From the sequence record SRR22947727_3270: 34,265 nt of DNA; one strand, 5' to 3'. Under the pieces are notes generated by a model. The model was not told the DNA's origin. It did not search any database and worked only from the letters and a program-made list of their open reading frames with translations. The translations under genes were made by a program, and so were the position numbers. The stretch's first letter is position 1, and the number at the start of each line of letters is the position of its first letter. Shown one piece after another: positions 9,555 through 17,715 of the stretch.

Positions 9555-9620
9555 ATTGGCGCGTCGGGTCAAAGCATTGGCGCGTCTCGACAATGCGTTG
9601 GCGCCAGTCGCGCGCATAAT
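9555..9620 (+). promoter_or_regulatory. Three phased direct repeats plus a -10-like CATAAT
   Basis: ATTGGCGCGTC at 9555 and 9576 and GTTGGCGCC at 9597 (21-bp period); CATAAT at 9615-9620. Confidence 0.45.
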
Positions 9621-9626
9621 CTGTTC

Positions 9627-9735
9627 ATCAATGCATTGCAATGCGCTGACAGGCTCTGCAGACCCAGCACCCATTAAGGTTCATTGATGTTTTCATGATT
9701 GACTCCTTTTTGCCCCGCTTGCGGGGCTTTTTTTT
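9627..9735 (+). ncRNA. Candidate Hfq-type small RNA (about 110 nt)
   Basis: Short non-coding stretch between a putative -10 and a strong intrinsic terminator, with a U-rich tract and anti-SD-like ACTCCT before the hairpin. The 5' end is a guess. Confidence 0.45.
9712..9735 (+). terminator. Rho-independent terminator
   Basis: GCCCCG-CTTG-CGGGGC followed by T8. Confidence 0.9.
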
Positions 9736-9767
9736 CACCCTTGTTAGGCTTGATACAAGGAATAGCG

Positions 9768-10262
9768 ATGGACAAAGCAACTTACTTTCAGTCGGTATAC
9801 GAAGCACAGTTTGCGCTCGGCAAAAAAATGGGCGCCGCGATGAGTGCGCAAATCCTCGCTCTGGAAGCGTTTATTCAGCGCAGCGCTCACTGGCATTTTC
9901 GATGGTGGCCCATTGTGGGCATCACACCCAACGCCTGGTCAATGCTGCAACAACGTGCCGTGGAAAAATCTGGCCCGGGTATCATCAGTAATCGCGGCTT
10001 GATCCGAGCACACCGCTATAACCGCGAGGCGCGCAGCCGAATGCTCTTTGAACGAAAGGCTCCGTTGCCTGAGGCCTGGCATTTTTATGAGTCACGTGAC
10101 GCCACAATACTGGCGCTCACCGAGGAACGAGAAAAGATCACCGACACAAAGTGGTTGGCCCTCGATCCCAAGATATTGGGGCAGCAGAGTAGTGCCGTGC
10201 CCACTATTACGCGAAAACGCTTTACTGCGATGCAATTAGCGCTGCAACGAGAAGCGGCGTGA
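9768..10262 (+). CDS. Hypothetical protein (164 aa)
   Basis: AAGGA RBS before the ATG at 9768 (MDKATYF); protein-like composition; no family recognised. Confidence 0.7.
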   Translation: MDKATYFQSVYEAQFALGKKMGAAMSAQILALEAFIQRSAHWHFRWWPIVGITPNAWSMLQQRAVEKSGPGIISNRGLIRAHRYNREARSRMLFERKAPLPEAWHFYESRDATILALTEEREKITDTKWLALDPKILGQQSSAVPTITRKRFTAMQLALQREAA

Positions 10263-10332
10263 GCCCGCGCCCGACCCGATGATCACAGCCCTCGCCGCCA
10301 GATTACTGCCTCATCTTAATGACAACCGCTAC

Positions 10333-10506
10333 TCAGCGAGGGAAAGTCGTCAGGGAAAACCCCAGCGGATTGGGGTACGCCTTGATGCTCGCCTGGCACT
10401 CCCCCATGATTTTCATATAAGCGCCGATTACCCACGCCTCGGTGCCGACCACATTCATCTCTTCACGAGGATCCCGAGCGATATTGAAAATCGCGGGGAC
10501 GATCAG
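10333..10506 (-). pseudogene. 3' remnant of an arylsulfatase-like gene
   Basis: Manual translation gives LIVPAIFNIARDPREEMNVVGTEAWVIGAYMKIMGECQASIKAYPNPLGFSLTTFPR*. The P.(I/L)FN(I/L)..DP.E..N pattern is typical of sulfatase C-termini. An in-frame stop lies directly upstream and the catalytic N-terminus is missing. Confidence 0.7.
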
Positions 10507-10523
10507 TTAATCTCGACACCTCA

Positions 10524-10543
10524 TTTATACTTCTTATACTTAG
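10524..10543. repeat. 20-bp junction motif, copy 1 (TTTATACTTCTTATACTTAG)
   Basis: 19/20 identical to 13782-13801; contains an internal tandem TATACTT. Confidence 0.8.
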
Positions 10544-10601
10544 CTGGGCATTTAGAGGGTTTTAAACCTGTTGTTGCAATTACACAAGCGAAGGCATTGT
10601 T

Positions 10602-11438
10602 ATGTTCGAAGACCTTAATATTGAAGCTATGGCAAATACCTACCTTGCCCCTTACGCGGCCAATATTGCGCTCGCAATTGTCATTTTTATTGCTGGAAGA
10701 TGGCTCGCCAACACCCTGACTAATGTTGTGATTAAACTACTTCAAAAGTCGAAGAGGGACGACACGCTGATTAGCTTTGTCGCGTCGATTACAAAAACTA
10801 TTTTGCTGCTTTTCGTCGCGATCGCAGCCCTTAATCAGCTCGGAATCGATACCACCTCATTGATTGCTTTGTTGGGCGCGGCCGGACTTGCCGTAGGTCT
10901 GGCATTACAAAATTCCCTGCAGAATTTTGCGGCTGGGGTCATGCTCATTGTTTTTAGCCCGTTTAAGGCCGGAGATTTCGTTGAGTTAGCAGGCGTCGCA
11001 GGCATTGTCGAAAACATCGGTATTTTTAGTTCAGTGTTGCGAACCGGCGATAACCGAGAGCTGATCATTCCCAATGGCTCGATTTACGGAGGCATCATCA
11101 TTAACTATTCGGCGCGCTCCACGCGCCGCGTCGATATGGTGTTCGGAATTGATTATGATGACGACTTGAGAGCAGCAAAGGAATTACTGCGGTCCATTAT
11201 TTTAGCGGACGACCGCGTGTTATCTGATCCTGAGCCGGTAGTGGCGGTCTCCGAACTAGCCGATTTCTCGGTGAATTTCATTGTAAGGCCCTGGGTAAAA
11301 AACGCCGACTATTGGCCTGTGCTCTGGGACACAACCGAAAAAGTAAAGCTTGAGTTCGACGCTCATGGTCTGTCAATTCCTTACCCGCAGATGGACATCC
11401 ATATTCCAAAGCGCGCCATGGATACCACCGAAAATTAA
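10602..11438 (+). CDS. mscS: Small-conductance mechanosensitive channel
   Basis: TSLIALLGAAGLAVGLALQNSLQNFAAG, PFKAGDFVE, IIPNG, INYS..TRRVD and SIPYPQMDIH. Confidence 0.93.
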   Translation: MFEDLNIEAMANTYLAPYAANIALAIVIFIAGRWLANTLTNVVIKLLQKSKRDDTLISFVASITKTILLLFVAIAALNQLGIDTTSLIALLGAAGLAVGLALQNSLQNFAAGVMLIVFSPFKAGDFVELAGVAGIVENIGIFSSVLRTGDNRELIIPNGSIYGGIIINYSARSTRRVDMVFGIDYDDDLRAAKELLRSIILADDRVLSDPEPVVAVSELADFSVNFIVRPWVKNADYWPVLWDTTEKVKLEFDAHGLSIPYPQMDIHIPKRAMDTTEN

Positions 11439-11620
11439 CAGTGGCTGCTGGTTTTCTCGCTCTTGATCGCGGTGGCAATCGACTCGGTGAACCGATTAAA
11501 AGGTTTCTAACCACCAGACGTCTTATATCCCGTCACCGTGCATGACGCTTTAGCTGAGCCCTCAGTAGAACTTTTTCACAGCTTTCCATACAAGAATGCC
11601 AGCGATGATTAGCGAAAGCG

Positions 11621-12826
11621 TCAGTCAGCGACGCTGCCGCTGTCGTCCAGCTCGGGAAGGCCTTGAGGTACTGGACGACGGCGCCGGCGGGTACGCACGG
11701 GAATCATGCCGCGCATGACTTCGAGCTTGCCAAAACACAACAATTTGTCTTCGGCTTCCAACTCACGACTGAGGCGGGGATTAGGGATAACTCGGGTGCT
11801 CCGATACACCGTGAGCACATTGAGCTCCCGGTCGTTGAGCTGAAAATCTGCAACGGTTTTGCCAACAAACTCCGAGCCCTCGGGAATATAAATTTCACTC
11901 ACGCCGTAGCCTTTACTCACCGTCAGGCGCTGACGCACGTCGATCTCGGGAAAGTCGACTTGGGCGGCAATGTAGTCGACCACTGCCCCAGCAATATCCA
12001 GCTCGGTACAGCTCTCAATGCCCTCGAGCCCCGGGGATGAATTGACCTCCATGACCTGGGGGCCGTCTTTGCCTTCGAGCATGTCGACCCCCGCCACGTT
12101 GAGACCCATAATCTGGGCACAGCGCACGGCGGTCTCACGGTATTCGTCGTCGAGCTCAACGGGCTCGGCAATACCACCCCGATGCACGTTGCTGCGAAAC
12201 TCCTGACCCTGAGCTACCCGGCGCATGGCAGCCACCACCCGGTCACCCACGACAAAGGCGCGAATATCCCGGCCCTTGCTCTCGGCAACAAACTTTTGAA
12301 TCAGCACGTTTTGTTTTTGGCTTTGCAGCAACTCAATAATCGACTCGGCCTGCTTGACGGTGTCAGCCAACAGCACGCCAATGCCCTGGGTACCCTCAAT
12401 GAGCTTAATCACCACCGGGGCGCCCCCCACCCGCTCAATAGCCGGCAATACGTCTCTCTTATTCCGCACAAAGCTAGTTCGCGGAATCCCGATATTGTGG
12501 CGACTCAAAATTTGCAGGCTGCGCAGCTTGTCCCGACTGTTCAGAATGCCGTGGGCGGTATTGGCGCAGAAGATGCCCATCTCCTGAAATTGCCGCACCA
12601 CCGCCGTACCGTAGTATGTGACCGAGGCACCCACCCGGGGTAGCACCGCGTCGTAGTCACTGAGCTGGCGCGTGCGGAAATACAAATCTGGGGATCCCCG
12701 ATCGAGATCAATCGAAAAATTCAGCGTATTCAGTACCTTAACCTCATGGCCGCGCTGCTCTGCCGCCTCGCGAAGTCGGACGGTGCTATACGCACTGGGG
12801 GCACGAGAAAGGATGGCAAGTTTCAT
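11621..12826 (-). CDS. rimK: RimK-family alpha-L-glutamate ligase (ATP-grasp) with C-terminal TrkA-C/RCK_C domain
   Basis: MKLAILSR, RDKLRSLQILSR, KLIEGTQGIGV, FRSNVHRGG and MEVNSSPGLEGIE. An extra C-terminal segment of about 110 aa includes EIYIPEGSEFVGKT...LEAEDKLLCFG. Confidence 0.9.
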   Translation of the reverse strand: MKLAILSRAPSAYSTVRLREAAEQRGHEVKVLNTLNFSIDLDRGSPDLYFRTRQLSDYDAVLPRVGASVTYYGTAVVRQFQEMGIFCANTAHGILNSRDKLRSLQILSRHNIGIPRTSFVRNKRDVLPAIERVGGAPVVIKLIEGTQGIGVLLADTVKQAESIIELLQSQKQNVLIQKFVAESKGRDIRAFVVGDRVVAAMRRVAQGQEFRSNVHRGGIAEPVELDDEYRETAVRCAQIMGLNVAGVDMLEGKDGPQVMEVNSSPGLEGIESCTELDIAGAVVDYIAAQVDFPEIDVRQRLTVSKGYGVSEIYIPEGSEFVGKTVADFQLNDRELNVLTVYRSTRVIPNPRLSRELEAEDKLLCFGKLEVMRGMIPVRTRRRRRPVPQGLPELDDSGSVAD

Positions 12827-12979
12827 GAGCAAGTAACCGGGTTGGTAATTAAAAATCCGTTCTTCGCCGCAGCCACTACCTCAGATTTTGAGAACGGGAG
12901 CGAGACTTTAGAGCATGCCATTGAAATCGCAAGCCAATAACTGCCATATTGCACTATTGCCCCAACAAGGGGTCTTGCA

Positions 12980-13480
12980 GTGAGTGACCCCATGGTTCGA
13001 AAAGCCCGGCGCGGCCCCAAACCGCCCAAGGTTATTATTGGCTGGCAGGAGTGGTGTGCCCTTCCCGATCTTAATTTACCCGGCATTCTGGCCAAAATTG
13101 ATACCGGGGCCAAAACCTCGGCGCTGCATGCCGTAGACATACGTCCCAGCGATAAAGGCGAGGGCTGGCTCGATTTCAAAGTGCACCCCGTGCGGCGACG
13201 ACGCCGCCCGGCCATTCAATGCTCGGCCCGGTGCATCGACTACCGCAAAGTCACCAGCTCCAACGGTGAAACCGAAAAACGTCCGGTTGTGGAAATGCAG
13301 CTGGCCTTAGGAGGCCACACCTTTCTGACCGAGGTCACCCTCACTAACCGGGACGATATGGGATTGCGCATGCTCATTGGCCGGCAATCTCTGAAGAAAC
13401 GTTTTATTGTCGACCCCAGCCTGTCGTTTTGCTGCGGCACCGAAGACGAAGCTGAGCTATACCCGAAAGCCAGCCGGTAG
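12980..13480 (+). CDS. RimK-associated retropepsin-like protease (RimB / 'ATP-dependent zinc protease' family)
   Basis: IGWQEW..LPDL, AKIDTGAKTSALHA, VTSSNG.E.RPV and LTNRDDMG.RMLIGR. Confidence 0.88.
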   Translation: MSDPMVRKARRGPKPPKVIIGWQEWCALPDLNLPGILAKIDTGAKTSALHAVDIRPSDKGEGWLDFKVHPVRRRRRPAIQCSARCIDYRKVTSSNGETEKRPVVEMQLALGGHTFLTEVTLTNRDDMGLRMLIGRQSLKKRFIVDPSLSFCCGTEDEAELYPKASR

Positions 13481-13582
13481 CGCCTGAGGGAATAGCGGCC
13501 TAAAGACCAGAGGGCAGAAAATAGCCGCGCGCTGAAAAAAACGGGGGGCCGGCATGAAGTAACGGCCCTAGTTTTGCTGGAC

Positions 13583-13678
13583 TCAGTTAGCTGACACCCT
13601 GGGCGCCGCGGGGGCTGTCGCCTCTCCTCGGGCTGCGGCGTCCTAGGCCTGCTTCACCACATAGGCGCGAATGGCATG
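13583..13678 (-). pseudogene. Possible extreme C-terminal remnant of a quinohemoprotein (PQQ) alcohol dehydrogenase
   Basis: Translates HAIRAYVVKQA*DAAARGEATAPAAPRVSAN*. AIRAYV..QA(W) resembles the last helix of the QH-ADH cytochrome c domain. A hairpin and T-run follow on the minus strand (about 13535-13575). Confidence 0.4.
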
Positions 13679-13781
13679 CCAAACACAGTGAACAGGGTTT
13701 TGGGATCAACCAGCGCGAACTTCTCCAGATCAGCAACCCCAGTCAACAGAATCAGCGAGGGTGTCCGCTCTCATCAGGGCC

Positions 13782-13801
13782 TTTATACTTCCTATACTTA
13801 G
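13782..13801. repeat. 20-bp junction motif, copy 2 (TTTATACTTCCTATACTTAG)
   Basis: 19/20 identical to 10524-10543; sits at the left edge of the AT-rich segment. Confidence 0.8.
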
Positions 13802-13921
13802 GCCAGATTCAACTCATCTAACAACGGCTTCATAACACCTCCACTACGGTCAACACGCTACCGCATGCGCACAAACAAAATAACGTCATAGAAACACACT
13901 CAAATTTATCAACGCCCGCAC

Positions 13922-15082
13922 TTAACCAACACGCTTAAGATACGAGCCAACGGTTTCAGCCAAGCCACTAGAAGATAACCCCAATTCAACAGACTGTGCA
14001 TGCAGTGATAAAAAATTCGCTAAGCCCAGCGCATTCAGTAATTCAAAAGGCCCATCTTGTAGGTGGGTTCCAACCTTCCAAGCCATATCAATACCCTCAG
14101 GGCTCGCCACATCACGATCAGCGAGCACAATGGCATTTTCTATGAGTGTTACCAATAACGCTTGATAGATAAACTCGGATGACGAGTCAGTATCAACAAA
14201 CCCATCACGCTGATAACTAGGGTTAGGATAATGGTAAAATCCCTTTCCGGTTTTCATACCTAATTCATCACCCGTAATAAACGGGGAGAGGAAATGAATA
14301 ATTTTAGGCTTTAACTGTTTAGCTCTAGCGTCTAGATTATTATTTTTCCAGCTATCATTCACGACATTCAGGCCAAATAAATCCATCATTCCAAAGGGCC
14401 CCATCGGCGCTTTGAAATGGAACATCCACGCAGAGTCAATCTGTTCGATAGTAGAAACATTCTCAATCACTAACATCATCGACAATGTCAGTACGGGGCC
14501 TAACATGGCATTGAGCACATACCCCGGATAGGGCTTTTTTAACACCAGCGGATAACCCTCAATACTCTCAACATAGCGACATAAGGTATCGATGATCTCC
14601 TGCGAGGTATTGGCACCGCCAACGATATCAATAAGCCTAGAACCTAAATGTGAGTGAAGTGCAGCAAAAGCGTCACTTCGCCCCACAGCTACCTCAATAT
14701 CAGTGACTAATAAGGCGGAGGTATTCGTTGTCAAAATGGTTTTTTCATCGCACAGCTGATCTAACTGCTGATGCACGGTACGCTTGATATCGATATTCTC
14801 CGCCACCGATTCACTAATGAGATCAACACCACTAATAGCTTTTTTTAAATCGGCTTCAAACACTATTCGCTGTAAAGCATCCGGAATAATATCGGCCGTA
14901 AAAAAACCAAACGCCACCAGTGAATCGGCCATCTCTTGCAGTGCATCTGGCCCCTGCCGCAACACGTGATCAGAAATATCATAAAGAACCGCGCGATGGC
15001 CGGCCGATGCTGCCATCAGGGCATTAAAGCAACCCATCGTGCCAGCACCAACAAAACATACTGAATGAATCGTCTTCATCAT
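13922..15082 (-). CDS. 3-hydroxyacyl-CoA dehydrogenase family protein with duplicated C-terminal domain
   Basis: VGAGTMG Rossmann motif, ESVAENIDIK, TNTSAL, PGYVLN, PMGPFGMMDLFGL, LGMKTGKGFY, and a second IDMAW...GPFE repeat. Confidence 0.9.
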   Translation of the reverse strand: MMKTIHSVCFVGAGTMGCFNALMAASAGHRAVLYDISDHVLRQGPDALQEMADSLVAFGFFTADIIPDALQRIVFEADLKKAISGVDLISESVAENIDIKRTVHQQLDQLCDEKTILTTNTSALLVTDIEVAVGRSDAFAALHSHLGSRLIDIVGGANTSQEIIDTLCRYVESIEGYPLVLKKPYPGYVLNAMLGPVLTLSMMLVIENVSTIEQIDSAWMFHFKAPMGPFGMMDLFGLNVVNDSWKNNNLDARAKQLKPKIIHFLSPFITGDELGMKTGKGFYHYPNPSYQRDGFVDTDSSSEFIYQALLVTLIENAIVLADRDVASPEGIDMAWKVGTHLQDGPFELLNALGLANFLSLHAQSVELGLSSSGLAETVGSYLKRVG

Positions 15083-15088
15083 ACCAAC

Positions 15089-15916
15089 CTAAACCAGAGT
15101 TCTCGTCCAACGCTCTGGCAGCACGAGGTTTGTACTACCCATTGTTACCGTAGATTGCCGATACTCGAGTACAGGAAGTTCTGCCAACGCGTTGATGATA
15201 TGGTTTTGGGTTGGATTTTTTTCCCAACTCGATTCATGCCACTCGATATGCCCCTGCCCTAACATGACCTTGGTATAAATATTCTCAGAGGGATAGGTAG
15301 CCAACTCGTTGACCACCGGTTCGCCAAACCCACCCAGTGCAGGCATATATCGCCAAGCCATGGGGTGATCTTTATCCTTTTGTTGCTGCTGTTGTGCCTG
15401 CGCTTCAACCAGCGGCACTTCAGTTAAATCACCGATGGATAAATCAATAAACTTGTGGCCAAAATGACTCGCATGACAACTCCACCCCGCTGGGCTAATC
15501 GCATGCTCTGGAATATCCGCATAGACCTTCGGAATTCCTTGGATTTCTCGCCCTGATAAAATAGGGTCGGTTAGGTTTTCCCAAATCACTAAAGCATAAC
15601 TACCTTGTAGCTGTTCCTTTTCACCTTGATAAGATACCGCCGCGTTAACCCCCAGCATGTTATAGCCATGGCCCGCTAGCCAATCCACTTGCTTGTTACA
15701 GGCATAATAAACCGTCACCAACGCTTCTTCAGCTAACTCAAAGGGCGCTGGCAGATAACGTTTTAATCGCTCAGGGTCGGTCAAATAAGTCACAGCCATA
15801 ACCGTTACATCGCGGTACCAACCACTGGTTTTTTCGCCAATGTAACGCGGGCCAAAATGGGCGGGCATAACATAGCTTTGGCGGGGATCGAGTGTAAACA
15901 TAATGAAAGGTACCAT
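15089..15916 (-). CDS. Acetoacetate decarboxylase-like superfamily protein
   Basis: YLTDPERL.RYLPAPF and GREIQGIPK (Schiff-base Lys motif). The start may be at 15901. Confidence 0.85.
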   Translation of the reverse strand: MVPFIMFTLDPRQSYVMPAHFGPRYIGEKTSGWYRDVTVMAVTYLTDPERLKRYLPAPFELAEEALVTVYYACNKQVDWLAGHGYNMLGVNAAVSYQGEKEQLQGSYALVIWENLTDPILSGREIQGIPKVYADIPEHAISPAGWSCHASHFGHKFIDLSIGDLTEVPLVEAQAQQQQQKDKDHPMAWRYMPALGGFGEPVVNELATYPSENIYTKVMLGQGHIEWHESSWEKNPTQNHIINALAELPVLEYRQSTVTMGSTNLVLPERWTRTLV

Positions 15917-16109
15917 CTAGAAAGCATGCTGTAGATATTGCTTCCGTGAGTGTTGCCGTCAATTCATCCGCATTGTTTCTCTGAACGAATGAGTTGTTAG
16001 CGAGTGTGCATAATCCATTGAAAAAACAATCTTCCTGATTCTCACTGAGCACCAAGAATAAACATAGATAACACTGAATAGGCCATCTAACAAACCCTTG
16101 CTAGCCATC

Positions 16110-16143
16110 AATGTGCCCAACACCTCCATATGCTGGGCACATT
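16110..16143. terminator. Stem-loop downstream of the TonB receptor stump
   Basis: AATGTGCCCA (16110-16119) pairs with TGGGCACATT (16134-16143). There is no clear U-tract, so it may be a stabilising or attenuating stem. Confidence 0.55.
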
Positions 16144-16181
16144 CATTAAGCGACCGTGCTAGTCAGCTATTTAACTGTAGA

Positions 16182-16272
16182 CTAAAAGTTATAAACCACT
16201 TTAACACCGTACATTCTTGGATCTCGCAACGATGACGATGCCAAGCCCGATACCGAACTGGGTCGCCCACGA
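16182..16272 (-). pseudogene. 3' stump of a TonB-dependent outer membrane receptor
   Basis: Translates RGRPSSVSGLASSSLRDPRMYGVKVVYNF*. PRxYGVxxxYxF with terminal Phe is the TBDR C-terminal beta-signal. Confidence 0.8.
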
Positions 16273-16860
16273 TCACAGATCATTCGCATCAGCCCTGGTA
16301 AAACTGCGCAACTGATCCATCGCGATCGCTGGGCGTGGGGTAAACACCTTGCGCACGTCGAACCGCAGTTCAATACCATCTGGGCGATTACCGATTTCAC
16401 CTCTGAGAACGGTGCGACTCAGGTTGTACCGGGCAGCACCCAATGGCCTGACGATGCGAACATTAGCCCAGATCAGATCGCGACGGCAAAAATGAAAGCC
16501 GGCTCTGTACTCCTTTACTCAGGATCAGTTTTTCACGGTGGTGGCGAAAACCGAAGCGAACATGATCGTATTGGCATCAATATTACCTATACATTAGGTT
16601 GGCTGCGGCAGGAGGAAAACCAATACCTGACGTGCCCTCCCGAGATCGCTAAGGATCTGGAGAGGCCGCTTCAAGAGTTAATCGGTTACTCAATGGGCCA
16701 ATATGCCTTGGGTTACTTCACTCCCCCGGGTCAACCGGGTGAACACCCTGAAATTGTGCCCCCGCAATATGCGCTTGGACATCCTATTGAGGGCAGCATG
16801 CTGGGCACCTCGGATGAATTGGATGCGCTGCAGGCAGAAATCGGTACACCGTCAGACTGA
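16273..16860 (+). pseudogene. 5'-truncated phytanoyl-CoA dioxygenase (PhyH) family Fe(II)/2OG oxygenase
   Basis: The frame of ORF 16492 extends upstream as SQIIRISPGKTAQLIHRD...NTIWAITDFTSENGATQVVPGS...GSVFHGGGEN...LGWLRQEEN (HxD...H triad). There is no credible start, and in-frame stops occur near 16183-16194. Confidence 0.85.
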
Positions 16861-16919
16861 GTGCCGTCGTCTACCGCTGATCGGTTACACTCGAGAATTC
16901 TCCTGACACTGAGCATCTC

Positions 16920-17102
16920 ATGGACTGTGCGGTCAGCACCTACTCCTTTTTCGAAAGGCTTATAAAATGCGGTTTGTATGGCTTCAGCTCACTGCAAGTG
17001 CTGATTCTGATGGGCCTTGTATTAGTGGGGGCAACCTACGCCCTTTGGGAACATCGCAAGCAGTTGCGCACAGAGCGCGACGAAAAAACGGATCGCTTTT
17101 GA
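16920..17102 (+). CDS. Possible small single-pass membrane protein
   Basis: One hydrophobic segment (LQVLILMGLVLVGATYALW) followed by a charged tail; start uncertain. Confidence 0.4.
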   Translation: MDCAVSTYSFFERLIKCGLYGFSSLQVLILMGLVLVGATYALWEHRKQLRTERDEKTDRF

Positions 17103-17208
17103 GCTATTTCAGCTGGCCTATGAAAGGGGGCGATGAAATCTACAAGGGCCTGATCACAGCAAGTCGCATCATACTGTCGTCTACCCCTCTCCCGCGCCAA
17201 AACACAAG

Positions 17209-17231
17209 AAAAAATCCGGCCTGAGCCGGAT
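17209..17231 (-). terminator. Rho-independent terminator for the minus-strand genes
   Basis: ATCCGGC-ctga-GCCGGAT hairpin with an A-run on its left, which is a U-tract on the minus strand. Confidence 0.8.
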
Positions 17232-17253
17232 ATCGCTGATCACTTTCTCGCGG

Positions 17254-17661
17254 TTACTGCATGGTCAATACATGCGCGGTGAGGTCTTCTGCAGAACCGC
17301 AGGCCGCTGCCATCACAGCAAACTGAGCCTGCCATTCCTCATCGGCAGCCTGCCATGCCGTCGCGTTATTCATTGACGCGACAGAGCCATGCACATCCAC
17401 AGAAACGACCGCCCCGTCTTCATGAAGGGCCGGCGCCGCAGAATAGGGGTAAGGCGAGGCGTCGCGCTCATAGGCGATCAGCGCTTTTAAAAGCGACAGA
17501 CCCGCGTCGGCATCTGCGCACGGCCAGTGATAGACGATCATCATTTGACCGGGCTGAGCGGCGAGCATCATGTGATCACCCTTTTCGTGATGACCGGCTG
17601 TGGCAGTGACGGATATCCACAAGGTGACCATCAGTAGTGTCGCGGTTTTAATCAATCTCAT
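17254..17661 (-). CDS. Exported hypothetical protein (135 aa) with N-terminal GHHE motif
   Basis: Signal peptide ending ATA-GHHEKGDH; GGAGAG RBS; two Cys. Confidence 0.8.
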   Translation of the reverse strand: MRLIKTATLLMVTLWISVTATAGHHEKGDHMMLAAQPGQMMIVYHWPCADADAGLSLLKALIAYERDASPYPYSAAPALHEDGAVVSVDVHGSVASMNNATAWQAADEEWQAQFAVMAAACGSAEDLTAHVLTMQ

Positions 17662-17715
17662 AACATCTCTCCATTATTCAGTTTTAACAATGCATCGTTG
17701 GCCGCAAAACCCGAA

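Noticed and set aside
10279-10719. 146-aa plus-strand ORF
   Set aside because: It runs antisense to the sulfatase stump, crosses the junction motif and overlaps mscS out of frame.
13789-13799. TTCCTATACTT resembles part of a yeast FRT site
   Set aside because: There is no inverted second arm or FRT spacer, so the match is coincidental.
16182-16400. 72-aa minus-strand ORF as an intact gene
   Set aside because: It is a chimera of PhyH antisense sequence and the TBDR tail, reported instead as a pseudogene stump.
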